Assembly: GCA_045616045.1 (NCBI GenBank)
Contig: JAZLGA010000026.1
Location: forward strand, 674-64,673
DNA length: 64,000 nucleotides
Direction of reading: 5' to 3'
Origin: Bacteroidales bacterium
GTDB taxonomy: Bacteria > Bacteroidota > Bacteroidia > Bacteroidales > F082
A program made the position numbers and the translations under genes. Within the stretch, counting starts at the first letter, position 1; every line of letters starts with the position of its first letter. This document shows positions 19,340 to 29,015 of this stretch, piece by piece. The notes below the pieces were generated by a model. The model was not told the DNA's origin, made no database searches, and saw only the letters and a program-made list of their open reading frames with translations.

Positions 19340-20932
19340 ATGGAAACGATGAGTAGGAAATACCCCGTTGGGATACAGACATTTGAAAGGATAAGGGAAG
19401 AGAACTACTTATATATCGACAAAACCGACTTGGTGTGGAAAATGACCAAGGAGAGTCCTTTTGTCTTCCTCAGCCGTCCGCGCAGGTTCGGCAAGTCACT
19501 ACTAACCACCACCCTTGATTCATACTTCAAAGGCCAAAAGGAACTTTTCGAGGGATTGAAGATAATGGAGTATGAAAAGGAGTGGGAAAGCTATCCGGTG
19601 CTGCACATAGATTTGAGCCTAACCAAGACAGAGACAACAGTAGAGGGCCTACAAAACGTGCTTTTCAGGTTGCTAAGCGGCTATATGACCACATACGGAA
19701 AAGGCGAATACGAAACGACACCTGGCGGGCTTTTCAGCGGCATAATACACCGCGCATACGAGAAAACTGGGAAACAGGTCGTAGTCATCATCGACGAATA
19801 TGACGCACCCCTTCTCGACAAACTCCACATCCCCGATGTGCTTGACGATTTCCGCAATGTCATGCAGGAGTTTTTCGTACAGCTGAAGGCCAACGAGGCC
19901 ATGATACGTTTCTGCTTCATCACTGGAATAACCAAGTTCAGCCAACTAAGCATCTTCTCGACCATCAACAACATGACAAACATCTCGATGGATTCCAAAT
20001 ACGCCGCCATCTGCGGCATCACCGAAGACGAGTTTGCCACCGACATGGCTCCCGACATCGCGATGCTTGCCAAGGAATATGAATGCAGCCCGTCCGAGAT
20101 GCACGACAAACTGAAACTGCAATATGACGGCTACCGTTTCGCCAAATTGTCGCCCGATGTTTACAATCCGTTCAGCCTGCTCAAATGTTTCAACCATAAG
20201 GATATATCAAACTATTGGTTCGACAGCGGCACACCAACGTTCCTGATCCGCCAGATGAAGCATTTCCGCACCGACATCACCACTATGGACAACATCATAG
20301 AGCCTTCATCGTCGTTCGACCGTCCCACCGAGGCTCTTGAAACGGCGCTGCCCTTGCTCTACCAGAGCGGCTACCTGACCATAAAGGGCTACGACAGGGA
20401 GACGGAAATGTATGAGCTTGGCATCCCCAACAAAGAGGTGCGTGTGGGGTTCATACAAGGCCTTTTGCCGACCTACATAGGCCTTGACGGGGGCAGCGTG
20501 CAAAAAGGTTTCGCCATGAAATTCTGGCTTGCCTTGAAGAAAAACGACCTCGAAACAGCCATGAGCGAGTTAAAAGCTTATCTGGCAAGCGTCCCCTACG
20601 TTGAGGGTTTCCAAAAGAAACTGGAGGAGGTGAAAAACTACGAAGGGTTTTATGAATACACATTCTGGCTTATCTTCAACATGCTCAACGTGTATGCCCA
20701 AACACAAGTGAAGTGCGCCAACGGAAGAGTTGACTTTGTGGTGAAGATGCCCGACACGACTTACGTCTTCGAGCTGAAGGTGAACGGCTCGGCAGAAGAG
20801 GCAATGGCACAAATAAACGACCGGAACTACGCCCTGCCATATCAGACAGAGAACCGCAATGTTGTCAAAGTTGGCATGGCTTTCGACAGGGACAGCATGA
20901 CAATCAAGAACTACCTTGTGGAACGGACATAA
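19340..20932 (+). CDS. AAA-ATPase-like protein with a C-terminal PD-(D/E)XK nuclease-like domain (DUF1703 type)
   Basis: YPVGIQTFERIREENYLYIDKTDL and FLSRPRRFGKSLL N-terminus; C-terminal GRVDFVVK...YVFELKV resembles a PD-(D/E)XK core. Confidence 0.75.
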   Translation: METMSRKYPVGIQTFERIREENYLYIDKTDLVWKMTKESPFVFLSRPRRFGKSLLTTTLDSYFKGQKELFEGLKIMEYEKEWESYPVLHIDLSLTKTETTVEGLQNVLFRLLSGYMTTYGKGEYETTPGGLFSGIIHRAYEKTGKQVVVIIDEYDAPLLDKLHIPDVLDDFRNVMQEFFVQLKANEAMIRFCFITGITKFSQLSIFSTINNMTNISMDSKYAAICGITEDEFATDMAPDIAMLAKEYECSPSEMHDKLKLQYDGYRFAKLSPDVYNPFSLLKCFNHKDISNYWFDSGTPTFLIRQMKHFRTDITTMDNIIEPSSSFDRPTEALETALPLLYQSGYLTIKGYDRETEMYELGIPNKEVRVGFIQGLLPTYIGLDGGSVQKGFAMKFWLALKKNDLETAMSELKAYLASVPYVEGFQKKLEEVKNYEGFYEYTFWLIFNMLNVYAQTQVKCANGRVDFVVKMPDTTYVFELKVNGSAEEAMAQINDRNYALPYQTENRNVVKVGMAFDRDSMTIKNYLVERT

Positions 20933-20960
20933 CCCGTCCACTCGTACCGTGTCTTAACTT

Positions 20961-21746
20961 TTAACCAAACTGATCCCAATCCTTTGCAACAGCAAACTTT
21001 TGTCGAAACGAGACGAGCGCATCGGCACTTAAAGTAGATTGCATTATCTCTTCTTTTCCGTTCTGAGCCGAGCAGACAACAACACCTTTTGCGTCGATGA
21101 CTTGTGAATGGCCGCTATAGCATGTCTCATCAGGGGTCTGTCCCACCCTGTTAACCGCAACGACATAAGATTGGTTCTCAATAGCTCTTGCCTTGAGCAG
21201 AGTGTCCCATACGTCCATACGCGACTTGGGGAAATTGGCTGCATAAACAAGGGCGTCATAGGCAAACCTGTTGTCGGTGAAACTATTGCGCGACCATACG
21301 GGAAAACGCAGGTCGTAGCAGACAAGGGGCATTATCTTCCAACCTTCAAGTTCAACCACAAGCCTACTGTCGCCACGCCCAATGGGACTACCCTCGCCAC
21401 CCAAGGCGAAGGTGTGACGTTTGCGATAGGTCAGGAAAGAACCATCGGGACGCATCCACACGAAAGTGTTGTAGTAGCCGTCAGGGTCGTCAAGAAGGAG
21501 CGTTCCCGCAATAACGGAGTCTTTCTTCTGCGCCACCGACTGCATCCACTGCATTGTGGCACCATCGCGCTTCTCTGCAAAAGCAATGGCATCGACAGGG
21601 AAAGCAGTATTGAAAGTCTCGGGCAACAAAATAAGGTCAACATCGGCAGCAATGCCACCGATAAGGTCATCGTAATGCCGGATATTGGCATCCCTGTCCT
21701 GCCAAACAATATCAGTCTGAAGACAAGCAATATTAAGGTCTTTCAT
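20961..21746 (-). CDS. carbon-nitrogen hydrolase family amidohydrolase (YafV/omega-amidase-like)
   Basis: Start set to M15 (ATG 1 nt after the upstream stop); LILLPETF (catalytic Glu), YRKRHTF (Lys) and LVCYDLRFP (Cys) motifs. Confidence 0.85.
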   Translation of the reverse strand: MKDLNIACLQTDIVWQDRDANIRHYDDLIGGIAADVDLILLPETFNTAFPVDAIAFAEKRDGATMQWMQSVAQKKDSVIAGTLLLDDPDGYYNTFVWMRPDGSFLTYRKRHTFALGGEGSPIGRGDSRLVVELEGWKIMPLVCYDLRFPVWSRNSFTDNRFAYDALVYAANFPKSRMDVWDTLLKARAIENQSYVVAVNRVGQTPDETCYSGHSQVIDAKGVVVCSAQNGKEEIMQSTLSADALVSFRQKFAVAKDWDQFG

Positions 21747-21747
21747 A

Positions 21748-22410
21748 TCATCGAATAGTGTCTGACCCGCCAACAGTCTTCCCCTCACAAGTCATAATAC
21801 GAACATACCAGTAGGCACCATCCTCATTGTAACCTTTGGCACCCCCGACATAAAGCAAGCCATCATCGCTTTCTTCAATGCAATCTCCATCTGAAAGAAA
21901 CATCAACTTGTCTTTTTTCAAGTCGTAGTACAAGACATTGAGGTAAGTATAAGTGTGGGGATCGTTGATTATAAACACCTTGGTGCCATCCTTGCTGAAT
22001 TTTGCATTTTGAATGTCATTGCCATAGTAAAATTCAGACTTGTCGTCCACCTTGGTATTGATTATCTTAGTAGTATTGGTAATCTTGTCAAACAAGAAAA
22101 GGGTGTTGTGAAAATCGAACATCTCATCTTCCGTGTCGCCTTCTTTGTTGAAAGCCCTGTCTTCGTCAGTGTATGACACATATAGTATCTTGGTGCCATC
22201 AGGCGACATGTCCATAAACAAAGAATCGGCATCAGTCGTCAGCGTTTCAACAGCCTCGTCATCGTATGTTTGAACGGAATTTACCTTTGCGACATCCTGC
22301 TCCACAGCAACATCTTCTTGAGCATTTGTTGTTGGTGCAGAAGAGTTGTTGTCACATGCTACGAGGGCCAAAGCCAATGCAACAATATTGAAAAACAAGT
22401 TCTTTTTCAT
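21748..22410 (-). CDS. lipoprotein, unknown function
   Basis: Lipoprotein signal LALALVACDNN; DGTKILYVS / DGTKVFIIN repeats suggest beta-propeller-like blades. Confidence 0.55.
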   Translation of the reverse strand: MKKNLFFNIVALALALVACDNNSSAPTTNAQEDVAVEQDVAKVNSVQTYDDEAVETLTTDADSLFMDMSPDGTKILYVSYTDEDRAFNKEGDTEDEMFDFHNTLFLFDKITNTTKIINTKVDDKSEFYYGNDIQNAKFSKDGTKVFIINDPHTYTYLNVLYYDLKKDKLMFLSDGDCIEESDDGLLYVGGAKGYNEDGAYWYVRIMTCEGKTVGGSDTIR

Positions 22411-22421
22411 AATAAGATGGT

Positions 22422-23471
22422 TTATCTGGTTTTAATATAGTTGCGCCATTTCTCAAGCACAGCGTTCATATCACCAGGCAATTCGCTGACAAACATCATC
22501 TCCTTATTGTTTGTCGGGTGGACAAATCCGAGTTCCTTGGCGTGCAAGGCGTGACGCGGCATCAACTTGAAGCAGTTGTCGATGAATTGTTTGTATTTCG
22601 AGAAGGTTGTGCCTTTAAGTATGACATCGCCCCCATACATCGCGTCGTTGAAGAGAGGATGGCCAAAATACTGTGAGTGGGCACGTATTTGGTGAGTACG
22701 GCCTGTTTCAAGTCTGTATTCGTTGAGTGTCACATAGCCAAAGCGTTCTATGACGTGCCAATGGGTTATCGCTTCCTTGCCACAATCGCCGTTGGGATAT
22801 ACAGTCATCTTGCGTCGGTCGTTGACACTACGGCCAATGTTGCCCTCAATGGTTCCCTCATCATCATTGAAGTCTCCCCAAACGAGAGCGTTGTAACGAC
22901 GATGTATGGTATGGTCGAAAAATTGTCGTGCCAGCATTGCTTGAGCGTTTTCGTTTTTCGCCACAATCATAAGACCTGTAGTGTCTTTGTCGATACGGTG
23001 CACGAGGTATCCGAAACCATTTTCCACGTGCTGGTTTGTTTGCTGGAAATGATAGGCTAGGCCATGAAGCAGAGTGCCTTCAAAGTTGCCGTGACCTGGG
23101 TGCACCACAAGTCCGGCCTGTTTGTTGACAACAATCACATCATCGTCCTCGTAAACTATGTTGAGAGGAACATACTGCGGTTTTATGTCTGTTTCGCGAG
23201 GCGGATGGGCAAAGACGACAGAGATAACATCACAAGGCTTTACCTTGTAGTTTTGCTTGACCACCTTGCCGTTGACAAGTATGTTGCCATTACGGGCTGC
23301 TTGTTGCACACGATTGCGCGATATGTTCTGAATATGGTTAGTAAGAAAAGTGTCGATACGTTCCAGAGTCTGTCCCTTATCAACATCTAATCGCAGGTGC
23401 TCATAAAGTTCGGTGTTCTCGTCATCAGCGGCTTCCATTTCGCCCATGTAACCATTTTCGTTATCCATCAC
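22422..23471 (-). CDS. rluD: RluD-family 23S rRNA pseudouridine synthase
   Basis: S4-like N-terminal domain, catalytic HRIDKDTTGLM motif, GRTHQIRAH motif. Confidence 0.85.
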   Translation of the reverse strand: MMDNENGYMGEMEAADDENTELYEHLRLDVDKGQTLERIDTFLTNHIQNISRNRVQQAARNGNILVNGKVVKQNYKVKPCDVISVVFAHPPRETDIKPQYVPLNIVYEDDDVIVVNKQAGLVVHPGHGNFEGTLLHGLAYHFQQTNQHVENGFGYLVHRIDKDTTGLMIVAKNENAQAMLARQFFDHTIHRRYNALVWGDFNDDEGTIEGNIGRSVNDRRKMTVYPNGDCGKEAITHWHVIERFGYVTLNEYRLETGRTHQIRAHSQYFGHPLFNDAMYGGDVILKGTTFSKYKQFIDNCFKLMPRHALHAKELGFVHPTNNKEMMFVSELPGDMNAVLEKWRNYIKTR

Positions 23472-25420
23472 TCAATCATCAGTTTTTGTTTGAAACATTT
23501 TCCATCATTGGCTTTAACGCTAACGATATAGAAGCCACTATTTATGCCATTCAAGTCAATATCGGCAACATAGGGTTGTTTCAGTACCAAGCGACCTGCC
23601 ACATCATATAGACACACCTCTTCGCCATTAGTGTTTTCAGGCAGTGAGACATGCACGGTACCATGTGCAGGGTTTGGATAGATTGTAATGGCATCGTTGT
23701 CGCTTTGCTCGTCAATGCCGACATAATAAGAGTTTCCAACCACAGGCCTTATCATAAGGGAACCCTTTACTGCACTGTTATACCAAATGTTTCCTTCAGT
23801 ATAGTAGATATACTGGCCATTATCGTTATCGGCATCAACGCCTATATTGATGATTTCGTTATTCTGTTGCATTAAGCCCACATAGAACACACCGCCAGGC
23901 ATTCGCAGGACATCATCAAACTTATAGTAAGTAAACCTATATGGTTGGTCGCTCCATTGCGGATGGCAATTGCTTTGGCGATACACTTCCTGGCCTGGTT
24001 TTCCATCGTTGTCGCGCCACACCACTATATCAAAATACTTGTCGTTGGCATCATGAAGTGTACGATTAAACAAAAGTTGCACTCCGCAAAGGGTGTCGGG
24101 TGAGACCATTGTAAACTGCATTGCAAAACTTTCATTGCCGGTGGCCATGCCATAGGAAAGTTCAGGAGTTCCATCATCGTATGCATAATAGTTATGGAAT
24201 CCCTGACGATATTTCATTGAATCGACAATGGGAGGATTGCAAGAAGAATCGCTAACATAATGCGTAACCACAAAAGACACCGAATCAATGTCAAAGTCAA
24301 TATTAAAAAGTCCTCCAACATAAGGGCAGGCCACTGCACCAGTAGCACCATCGCAAGCAAGAAAACCAACCTGTTTGTATGGCATTGCAGTAACAGGCTC
24401 CGCATTCTGGCGATAATATTGTCCACCACCGACCTGACTAACAGTATAACTATAGGACACTTGATGCTGGACACTATCAAGATTTGCAACCTTTACCACA
24501 AGATTCTCATTCATCGAAAGGACCGGATTAACTCTATATTGTCGGTAAGGCATAGATCGATAACGTGAAAGGAAAGAAGGATCTGGGCCCGAGAAACATA
24601 CCATTGGATAAGTATCCACACCTACCTTTCTGTTGCGGTCAAGATGTATCATATCGACACTCCAATTATCTTCTGTTCCGCGGCTGGTCGGAAACGACGA
24701 ATTGATAATACTGGCATAATTGTAGAAACGGAACACAAATCTGTCGGAGAAAAACAAGGTGTCTGTTATTGGTATAGCCACATATTTGTAATAAATGCTA
24801 TCGTTTTGGGCCATAAATTCATCCAATGTAAGGCCAGCGGCACTCCACACATTTCGCCACACAGTATCAACAACAGTTATGGTAGTGATGCTATCTATTT
24901 CCTCTTCTTTTAATGTAATATAGCCAAACTGGAGGACAAGCGAATCATTTGCCTCGGGAGCGAAGCCAAAACCCTGCGGCTGATAGAAGAAACTGAACAC
25001 CAGGGAGTCGGCAGGTGTCAAGGCTCTTGCCTCGTTGCCAGTCAAAGAGTCAAGACGAATTGGTCGTGAAGTAAGCACATCTGCTATAAAAGGATTGCTA
25101 ATGGCATAGTCGTACACAGCGCCTGAGGCATCAAGCACATCGAATACAGCTGCATTACGGTTGGGAGGGAACATAGGCACGCCGTTATTGACAAAAACGT
25201 TGCGGTCACCCCATTTGGCAGTGTCAGGACAAACACGACTTTGACTGAAGTCGTCATAAAAAGGCAACGGCATTCCCTTGTCAAAATAAACATCATAACG
25301 TGTCATCGGCTGATAATGGTTAAAACCAGTAATCACCTCTTGGGCAATAGTGGCGTATGACATCAGCAGAAAAGCCGCAAGCGCCACACCATTAAAACAC
25401 ATCTTCAAATTCTGTATCAT
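23468..25420 (-). CDS. T9SS type A sorting-domain cargo protein, unknown function
   Basis: C-terminus ITIYPNPAHGTVHVSLPE...LYDVAGRLVLKQ...GFYIVSV is a Por secretion tail; start set to MIQNLKMCFNGVALAAFLLMSYATIAQ (uncertain; 25402-25504 also possible). Confidence 0.7.
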   Translation of the reverse strand: MIQNLKMCFNGVALAAFLLMSYATIAQEVITGFNHYQPMTRYDVYFDKGMPLPFYDDFSQSRVCPDTAKWGDRNVFVNNGVPMFPPNRNAAVFDVLDASGAVYDYAISNPFIADVLTSRPIRLDSLTGNEARALTPADSLVFSFFYQPQGFGFAPEANDSLVLQFGYITLKEEEIDSITTITVVDTVWRNVWSAAGLTLDEFMAQNDSIYYKYVAIPITDTLFFSDRFVFRFYNYASIINSSFPTSRGTEDNWSVDMIHLDRNRKVGVDTYPMVCFSGPDPSFLSRYRSMPYRQYRVNPVLSMNENLVVKVANLDSVQHQVSYSYTVSQVGGGQYYRQNAEPVTAMPYKQVGFLACDGATGAVACPYVGGLFNIDFDIDSVSFVVTHYVSDSSCNPPIVDSMKYRQGFHNYYAYDDGTPELSYGMATGNESFAMQFTMVSPDTLCGVQLLFNRTLHDANDKYFDIVVWRDNDGKPGQEVYRQSNCHPQWSDQPYRFTYYKFDDVLRMPGGVFYVGLMQQNNEIINIGVDADNDNGQYIYYTEGNIWYNSAVKGSLMIRPVVGNSYYVGIDEQSDNDAITIYPNPAHGTVHVSLPENTNGEEVCLYDVAGRLVLKQPYVADIDLNGINSGFYIVSVKANDGKCFKQKLMIE

Positions 25421-26312
25421 TTTTATCACTGTTTTCATCTTCATTAACAAGTTTTTCGTCAAAGACGAAAAGCGAGTCATCCACAACCCTATTCTCTTCG
25501 GCAAAACCTTGCAGGTCTTCCTGCATGATTTTTTCCTTCTCTTTCTTCAGGTCGACATTTTTTATCGAGCGATACCACACTTCAACGAAAGTGCCCGGGC
25601 GGGCCTCCCTGCTATGATAATGAGGGTTCATCTTGACAACTACCATATTCTTAATGCTGTCATTATCGATAAAGTTTTCGTTCCCAAGGTTAAGGCCTGC
25701 GATATTAAGCAAACGTTGTGCATCTTCAGCCTTTTCGCCCAATATGTTGGGAATATGAACATTTTTCTCGTCGGTGCCGCGGCCAACGTGCAGCGTTATC
25801 TTGCTGTCCTTTATTATTTCCGCACCTGGTTCTATCACCTTGCCGTTGTACCGCTGCTCACACACTGCGTTACGTGCAAAATGCTTCACATAAATGATTT
25901 CCTTAACTTTAAGTCCTACGCTCTCAAGATTAACGACAGCCTGTCGTAGCGACAAGTTGTTAAGGTTTGGCATGACAGTCTTTTCGGGAGTCTTGGCCAC
26001 CACTATGTAATAGACATTGCGGCCGCGTTTGATTTTCGAATTAGGCAAAGGGTCCTGCTGCACTATGCTGCCAGGTACGCAATCTTTCTGATACACGCTG
26101 TCAGTAACTATAAAATGCAAGTCTTTGCCATATTTTTCCATTGCCTCGTCGGCTATCATTCCCACGACCTGGGGCATCAGAAAAGTCTGACCGTGACGTG
26201 TGAAGCGGTCAACAAATCTGAATGTCAACCATATCATCACGAAAATCAGCAAAATAGCGGCCGCAAGATGAATATAAAATTTCTTTTGTTTCAAAAACTG
26301 AAATCGTCCCAT
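25392..26312 (-). CDS. PASTA domain-containing membrane protein
   Basis: Start set to MGRFQFLKQKK followed by one TM helix; three PASTA-like repeats (PQVVGM..., PNLNNLSLRQA..., PNILGEKAEDA...). Confidence 0.8.
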   Translation of the reverse strand: MGRFQFLKQKKFYIHLAAAILLIFVMIWLTFRFVDRFTRHGQTFLMPQVVGMIADEAMEKYGKDLHFIVTDSVYQKDCVPGSIVQQDPLPNSKIKRGRNVYYIVVAKTPEKTVMPNLNNLSLRQAVVNLESVGLKVKEIIYVKHFARNAVCEQRYNGKVIEPGAEIIKDSKITLHVGRGTDEKNVHIPNILGEKAEDAQRLLNIAGLNLGNENFIDNDSIKNMVVVKMNPHYHSREARPGTFVEVWYRSIKNVDLKKEKEKIMQEDLQGFAEENRVVDDSLFVFDEKLVNEDENSDKNDTEFEDVF

Positions 26313-26420
26313 TCTTTTTTGTATTTTAGCGGTTGTTTTTAAGGGATGAACAAAACACTTCCAAAAAAACGAACAAAGATAGTTATTTTTGATGAAACAA
26401 AACACAAAATCCATACGGAT

Positions 26421-27437
26421 ATGAAAAATGTAGCGATAATATGCGGTGGCGACTCGGGTGAATTTGAGATTTCCATACGCAGTGCCAAAGTGGTCAAGAA
26501 ACACCTTGACAGCAAGAAATACAATTCAGAGATAATTATAGTGTCTTCAAAGAAGGGCTGGTACTGTCTGGCAGACGACGGAGAGCAACTGCCTGTTGAC
26601 AAAAACGATTTTTCTGTCAAGACAGGTCGGAAGAAAATGGTTTTCGATGTGGCATTCAATGCCATTCATGGCGAGCCTGGCGAAAACGGCCCTCTTTCGG
26701 GGTATCTTGAACTGCTTGGCATTCCATGCACGTCGTCAGGGTCAACCACAAGTGCACTTACGTTCCACAAGGATTTTTGCAAACGCATTGTCGCGTCACA
26801 CGGTGTACATGTGTCGCCATCGCTTCTAATCAACAAGGGCGACAAATACGACACCAAGTCAATAGTGAAGGAAATTGGGCTCCCCATGTTTGTCAAGCCC
26901 ACCTGCAATGGCTCCAGCATAGGCGTTTCGAAAGTGAAAGACATCGCAGACCTTGACAAAGCCATAGCCGCGGCATTTGCTGCAGGCGACCAAATCATGT
27001 GTGAGAGTTTTGTGTCGGGCAGGGAGTTCGGATGCGGTGCCATGAAAGCAAAAGACAGGATGACAGTATTCCCCATCACAGAGATAGTAAGCAAGAACGA
27101 ATTCTTCGACTATGAGGCCAAATACACCACAGGCAAGTCAGAGGAGATAACACCTGCCAAGATAAGCGAAGCTGAAGAAATAGAGATAAAGGCCACCACT
27201 GCCATGCTATATGACGCCCTCGAATGCAAAGGTTTTGTAAGAATGGACTATATCCTTGCAAGCGATGCATTGTATTTTATCGAAGCAAACATAGTCCCAG
27301 GCTTGTCGGAGGCAAGCATAATACCCAAGCAGGCCGCTTGCATGGGCATTAGCCTTGAAACGCTCTTCGGTGCTGCGATAGAAGATGCTCTTCGCGAAAA
27401 ACAAACCGTAATGGAATATGCCGCCACAGCGAAGTAA
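26421..27437 (+). CDS. ddl: D-alanine--D-alanine ligase
   Basis: Start set to MKNVAIICGGDSGEFEIS; HGEPGENGPLSGYLELLGIP; ATP-grasp body; EANIVPGLSE near the C-terminus. Confidence 0.9.
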   Translation: MKNVAIICGGDSGEFEISIRSAKVVKKHLDSKKYNSEIIIVSSKKGWYCLADDGEQLPVDKNDFSVKTGRKKMVFDVAFNAIHGEPGENGPLSGYLELLGIPCTSSGSTTSALTFHKDFCKRIVASHGVHVSPSLLINKGDKYDTKSIVKEIGLPMFVKPTCNGSSIGVSKVKDIADLDKAIAAAFAAGDQIMCESFVSGREFGCGAMKAKDRMTVFPITEIVSKNEFFDYEAKYTTGKSEEITPAKISEAEEIEIKATTAMLYDALECKGFVRMDYILASDALYFIEANIVPGLSEASIIPKQAACMGISLETLFGAAIEDALREKQTVMEYAATAK

Positions 27438-27461
27438 CAAGAAAACATTATAATTCAAATC

Positions 27462-28562
27462 ATGGGCAGTCTGAAAAAAATAATCGAATTTGTCAAGCCC
27501 TTAGTGGGCCTTATTACCCTATGCGTTTTAGCATACTTCTTCTTTGACGTTTTCATGTGGTTTGTGATTGCAGAAGTGCTTTCGCTTATTGGTCGTCCGG
27601 TGATGAAATGGCTAACCACAGTGAAGTTTGGCAAACGCACTATGCCACAGTCTGTGGCCGCAACAATCACCATATTGGCATTTTTCATAGTCATCACAGC
27701 ATTCTTCCTCATTCTTGTACCGCTTGTTGCGCGCCAGGCTGCTGTATTCCACGACATCGACACCAGTCAGGTCTTGGAATACTACAAAGACCCGATAAAC
27801 AAAATAAGGTTATGGCTGACCTCCTGCAACATAATTGATGCTAATTTCGACATTTATGATACTCTGACCAAAGAATTGTCAAACCTGCTCAACATGGGCA
27901 ACATAAGCTTGTTTTTCACAAGTGTGGTTTCGGTTATCAGCTCATTCACCATAGGAGCGTTTGCTGTAATATTCCTTCTTTTTTTCATGCTAAACGAGCC
28001 TCACATGGTGCGTGACATCATCATAGCGCTCATACCCGAAAAATACGAACAGCAGACCAACAAGGCCTTTCATGACATCCACAATCTACTGTCGCGTTAT
28101 TTCATAGGTTTGACATCCGAAGTATTGTGCATGATGACACTAATCACAATTTTTCTAAGCATTTTAGGTGTCAAGAACGCCCTTTTGATAGGTTTCTTGG
28201 CGGGACTCCTCAACGTGATACCATACTTAGGGCCTGTCATTGGTGCAGTATTGGGTTGCATATTAGGTCTGCTAACCACATTGGGTGATCAGCAATACGA
28301 CCTTATCATACCATGTCTCCTTAAAATATCAGGCTCTGTGGCAGCAGCCAACATTGTCGACAATTTCGTATTGCAACCGCTTATATATTCAAAAAGCGTC
28401 AAGGCGCATCCTGTCGAGATTTTCGTTGTCATAATACTGGCAGGCAAGATAGGAGGAGTGTTCGGAATGCTTATTGCAATACCCACATATACCATCATAC
28501 GTGTCATAGCACGTGAATTCTTTGGGCAAAAGAAAATCGTTAGCGCACTAACAAAAGAATGA
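27462..28562 (+). CDS. AI-2E family (PerM-like) transporter
   Basis: 366 aa, multiple TM helices, IPYLGPVIGA and NFVLQPLIYS motifs typical of the family. Confidence 0.8.
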   Translation: MGSLKKIIEFVKPLVGLITLCVLAYFFFDVFMWFVIAEVLSLIGRPVMKWLTTVKFGKRTMPQSVAATITILAFFIVITAFFLILVPLVARQAAVFHDIDTSQVLEYYKDPINKIRLWLTSCNIIDANFDIYDTLTKELSNLLNMGNISLFFTSVVSVISSFTIGAFAVIFLLFFMLNEPHMVRDIIIALIPEKYEQQTNKAFHDIHNLLSRYFIGLTSEVLCMMTLITIFLSILGVKNALLIGFLAGLLNVIPYLGPVIGAVLGCILGLLTTLGDQQYDLIIPCLLKISGSVAAANIVDNFVLQPLIYSKSVKAHPVEIFVVIILAGKIGGVFGMLIAIPTYTIIRVIAREFFGQKKIVSALTKE

Positions 28563-28574
28563 GACAACAAGAGG

Positions 28575-29012
28575 TCAGAAAAAGCCCATAACCATATTCC
28601 ATACAAGGAATCGAAGAATCTTGCCCACGAGAAGAAGCACCATTGTTGGCAAAGGTTTTGTGCGATAGAACCCCAAAGCTACAACAAAAACATCTCCAAT
28701 AAAAGGGACCCAACTTAGCAAGGCAAGCCAAATGCCATATTTAGACACTTTTGCCTTTTGTTTCTCGAGAGTTTCATGACTTACCGAGAACCAACGTTCA
28801 ATCCATTCCAACGACCCCAGACGACCTATATAGTAGGTTGTTATGCCACCCAACCAATTGCCCAATGTTGCAACCACAAGACATTTGGCAGGCTCCTTAA
28901 TGACAGCCAGAACGGCTATATACAAAGCGTCAGAACTGAATGGGAATATTGTGGCAGCCAAAAAGGTTCCAAAAAAAAGTCCCCACAACCCTAAATCAGA
29001 CAAATTAGACAT
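28575..29012 (-). CDS. YqaA/DedA-like small membrane protein
   Basis: 145 aa, 4 TM segments; LWGLFFGTFLAATIFPFSSDALYIAVL N-terminus resembles YqaA-type proteins. Confidence 0.65.
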   Translation of the reverse strand: MSNLSDLGLWGLFFGTFLAATIFPFSSDALYIAVLAVIKEPAKCLVVATLGNWLGGITTYYIGRLGSLEWIERWFSVSHETLEKQKAKVSKYGIWLALLSWVPFIGDVFVVALGFYRTKPLPTMVLLLVGKILRFLVWNMVMGFF

Positions 29013-29015
29013 AAT

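Noticed and set aside
21108-21758. 216-aa plus-strand ORF antisense to the C-N hydrolase gene; also 25350-25949 antisense to the PASTA gene
   Set aside because: The opposite strand carries the catalytic Glu/Lys/Cys motifs (or the PASTA repeats). These are shadow ORFs.
26313-26504. N-terminal extensions of tracked ORFs (PASTA gene to 26504, ddl from 26346, dusB from 54866, 540-aa ORF from 11131, guaB TTG at 49697)
   Set aside because: The extensions overlap divergent neighbours or a hairpin, and they lack similarity to the expected N-termini. Internal ATGs give canonical N-termini or signal peptides.
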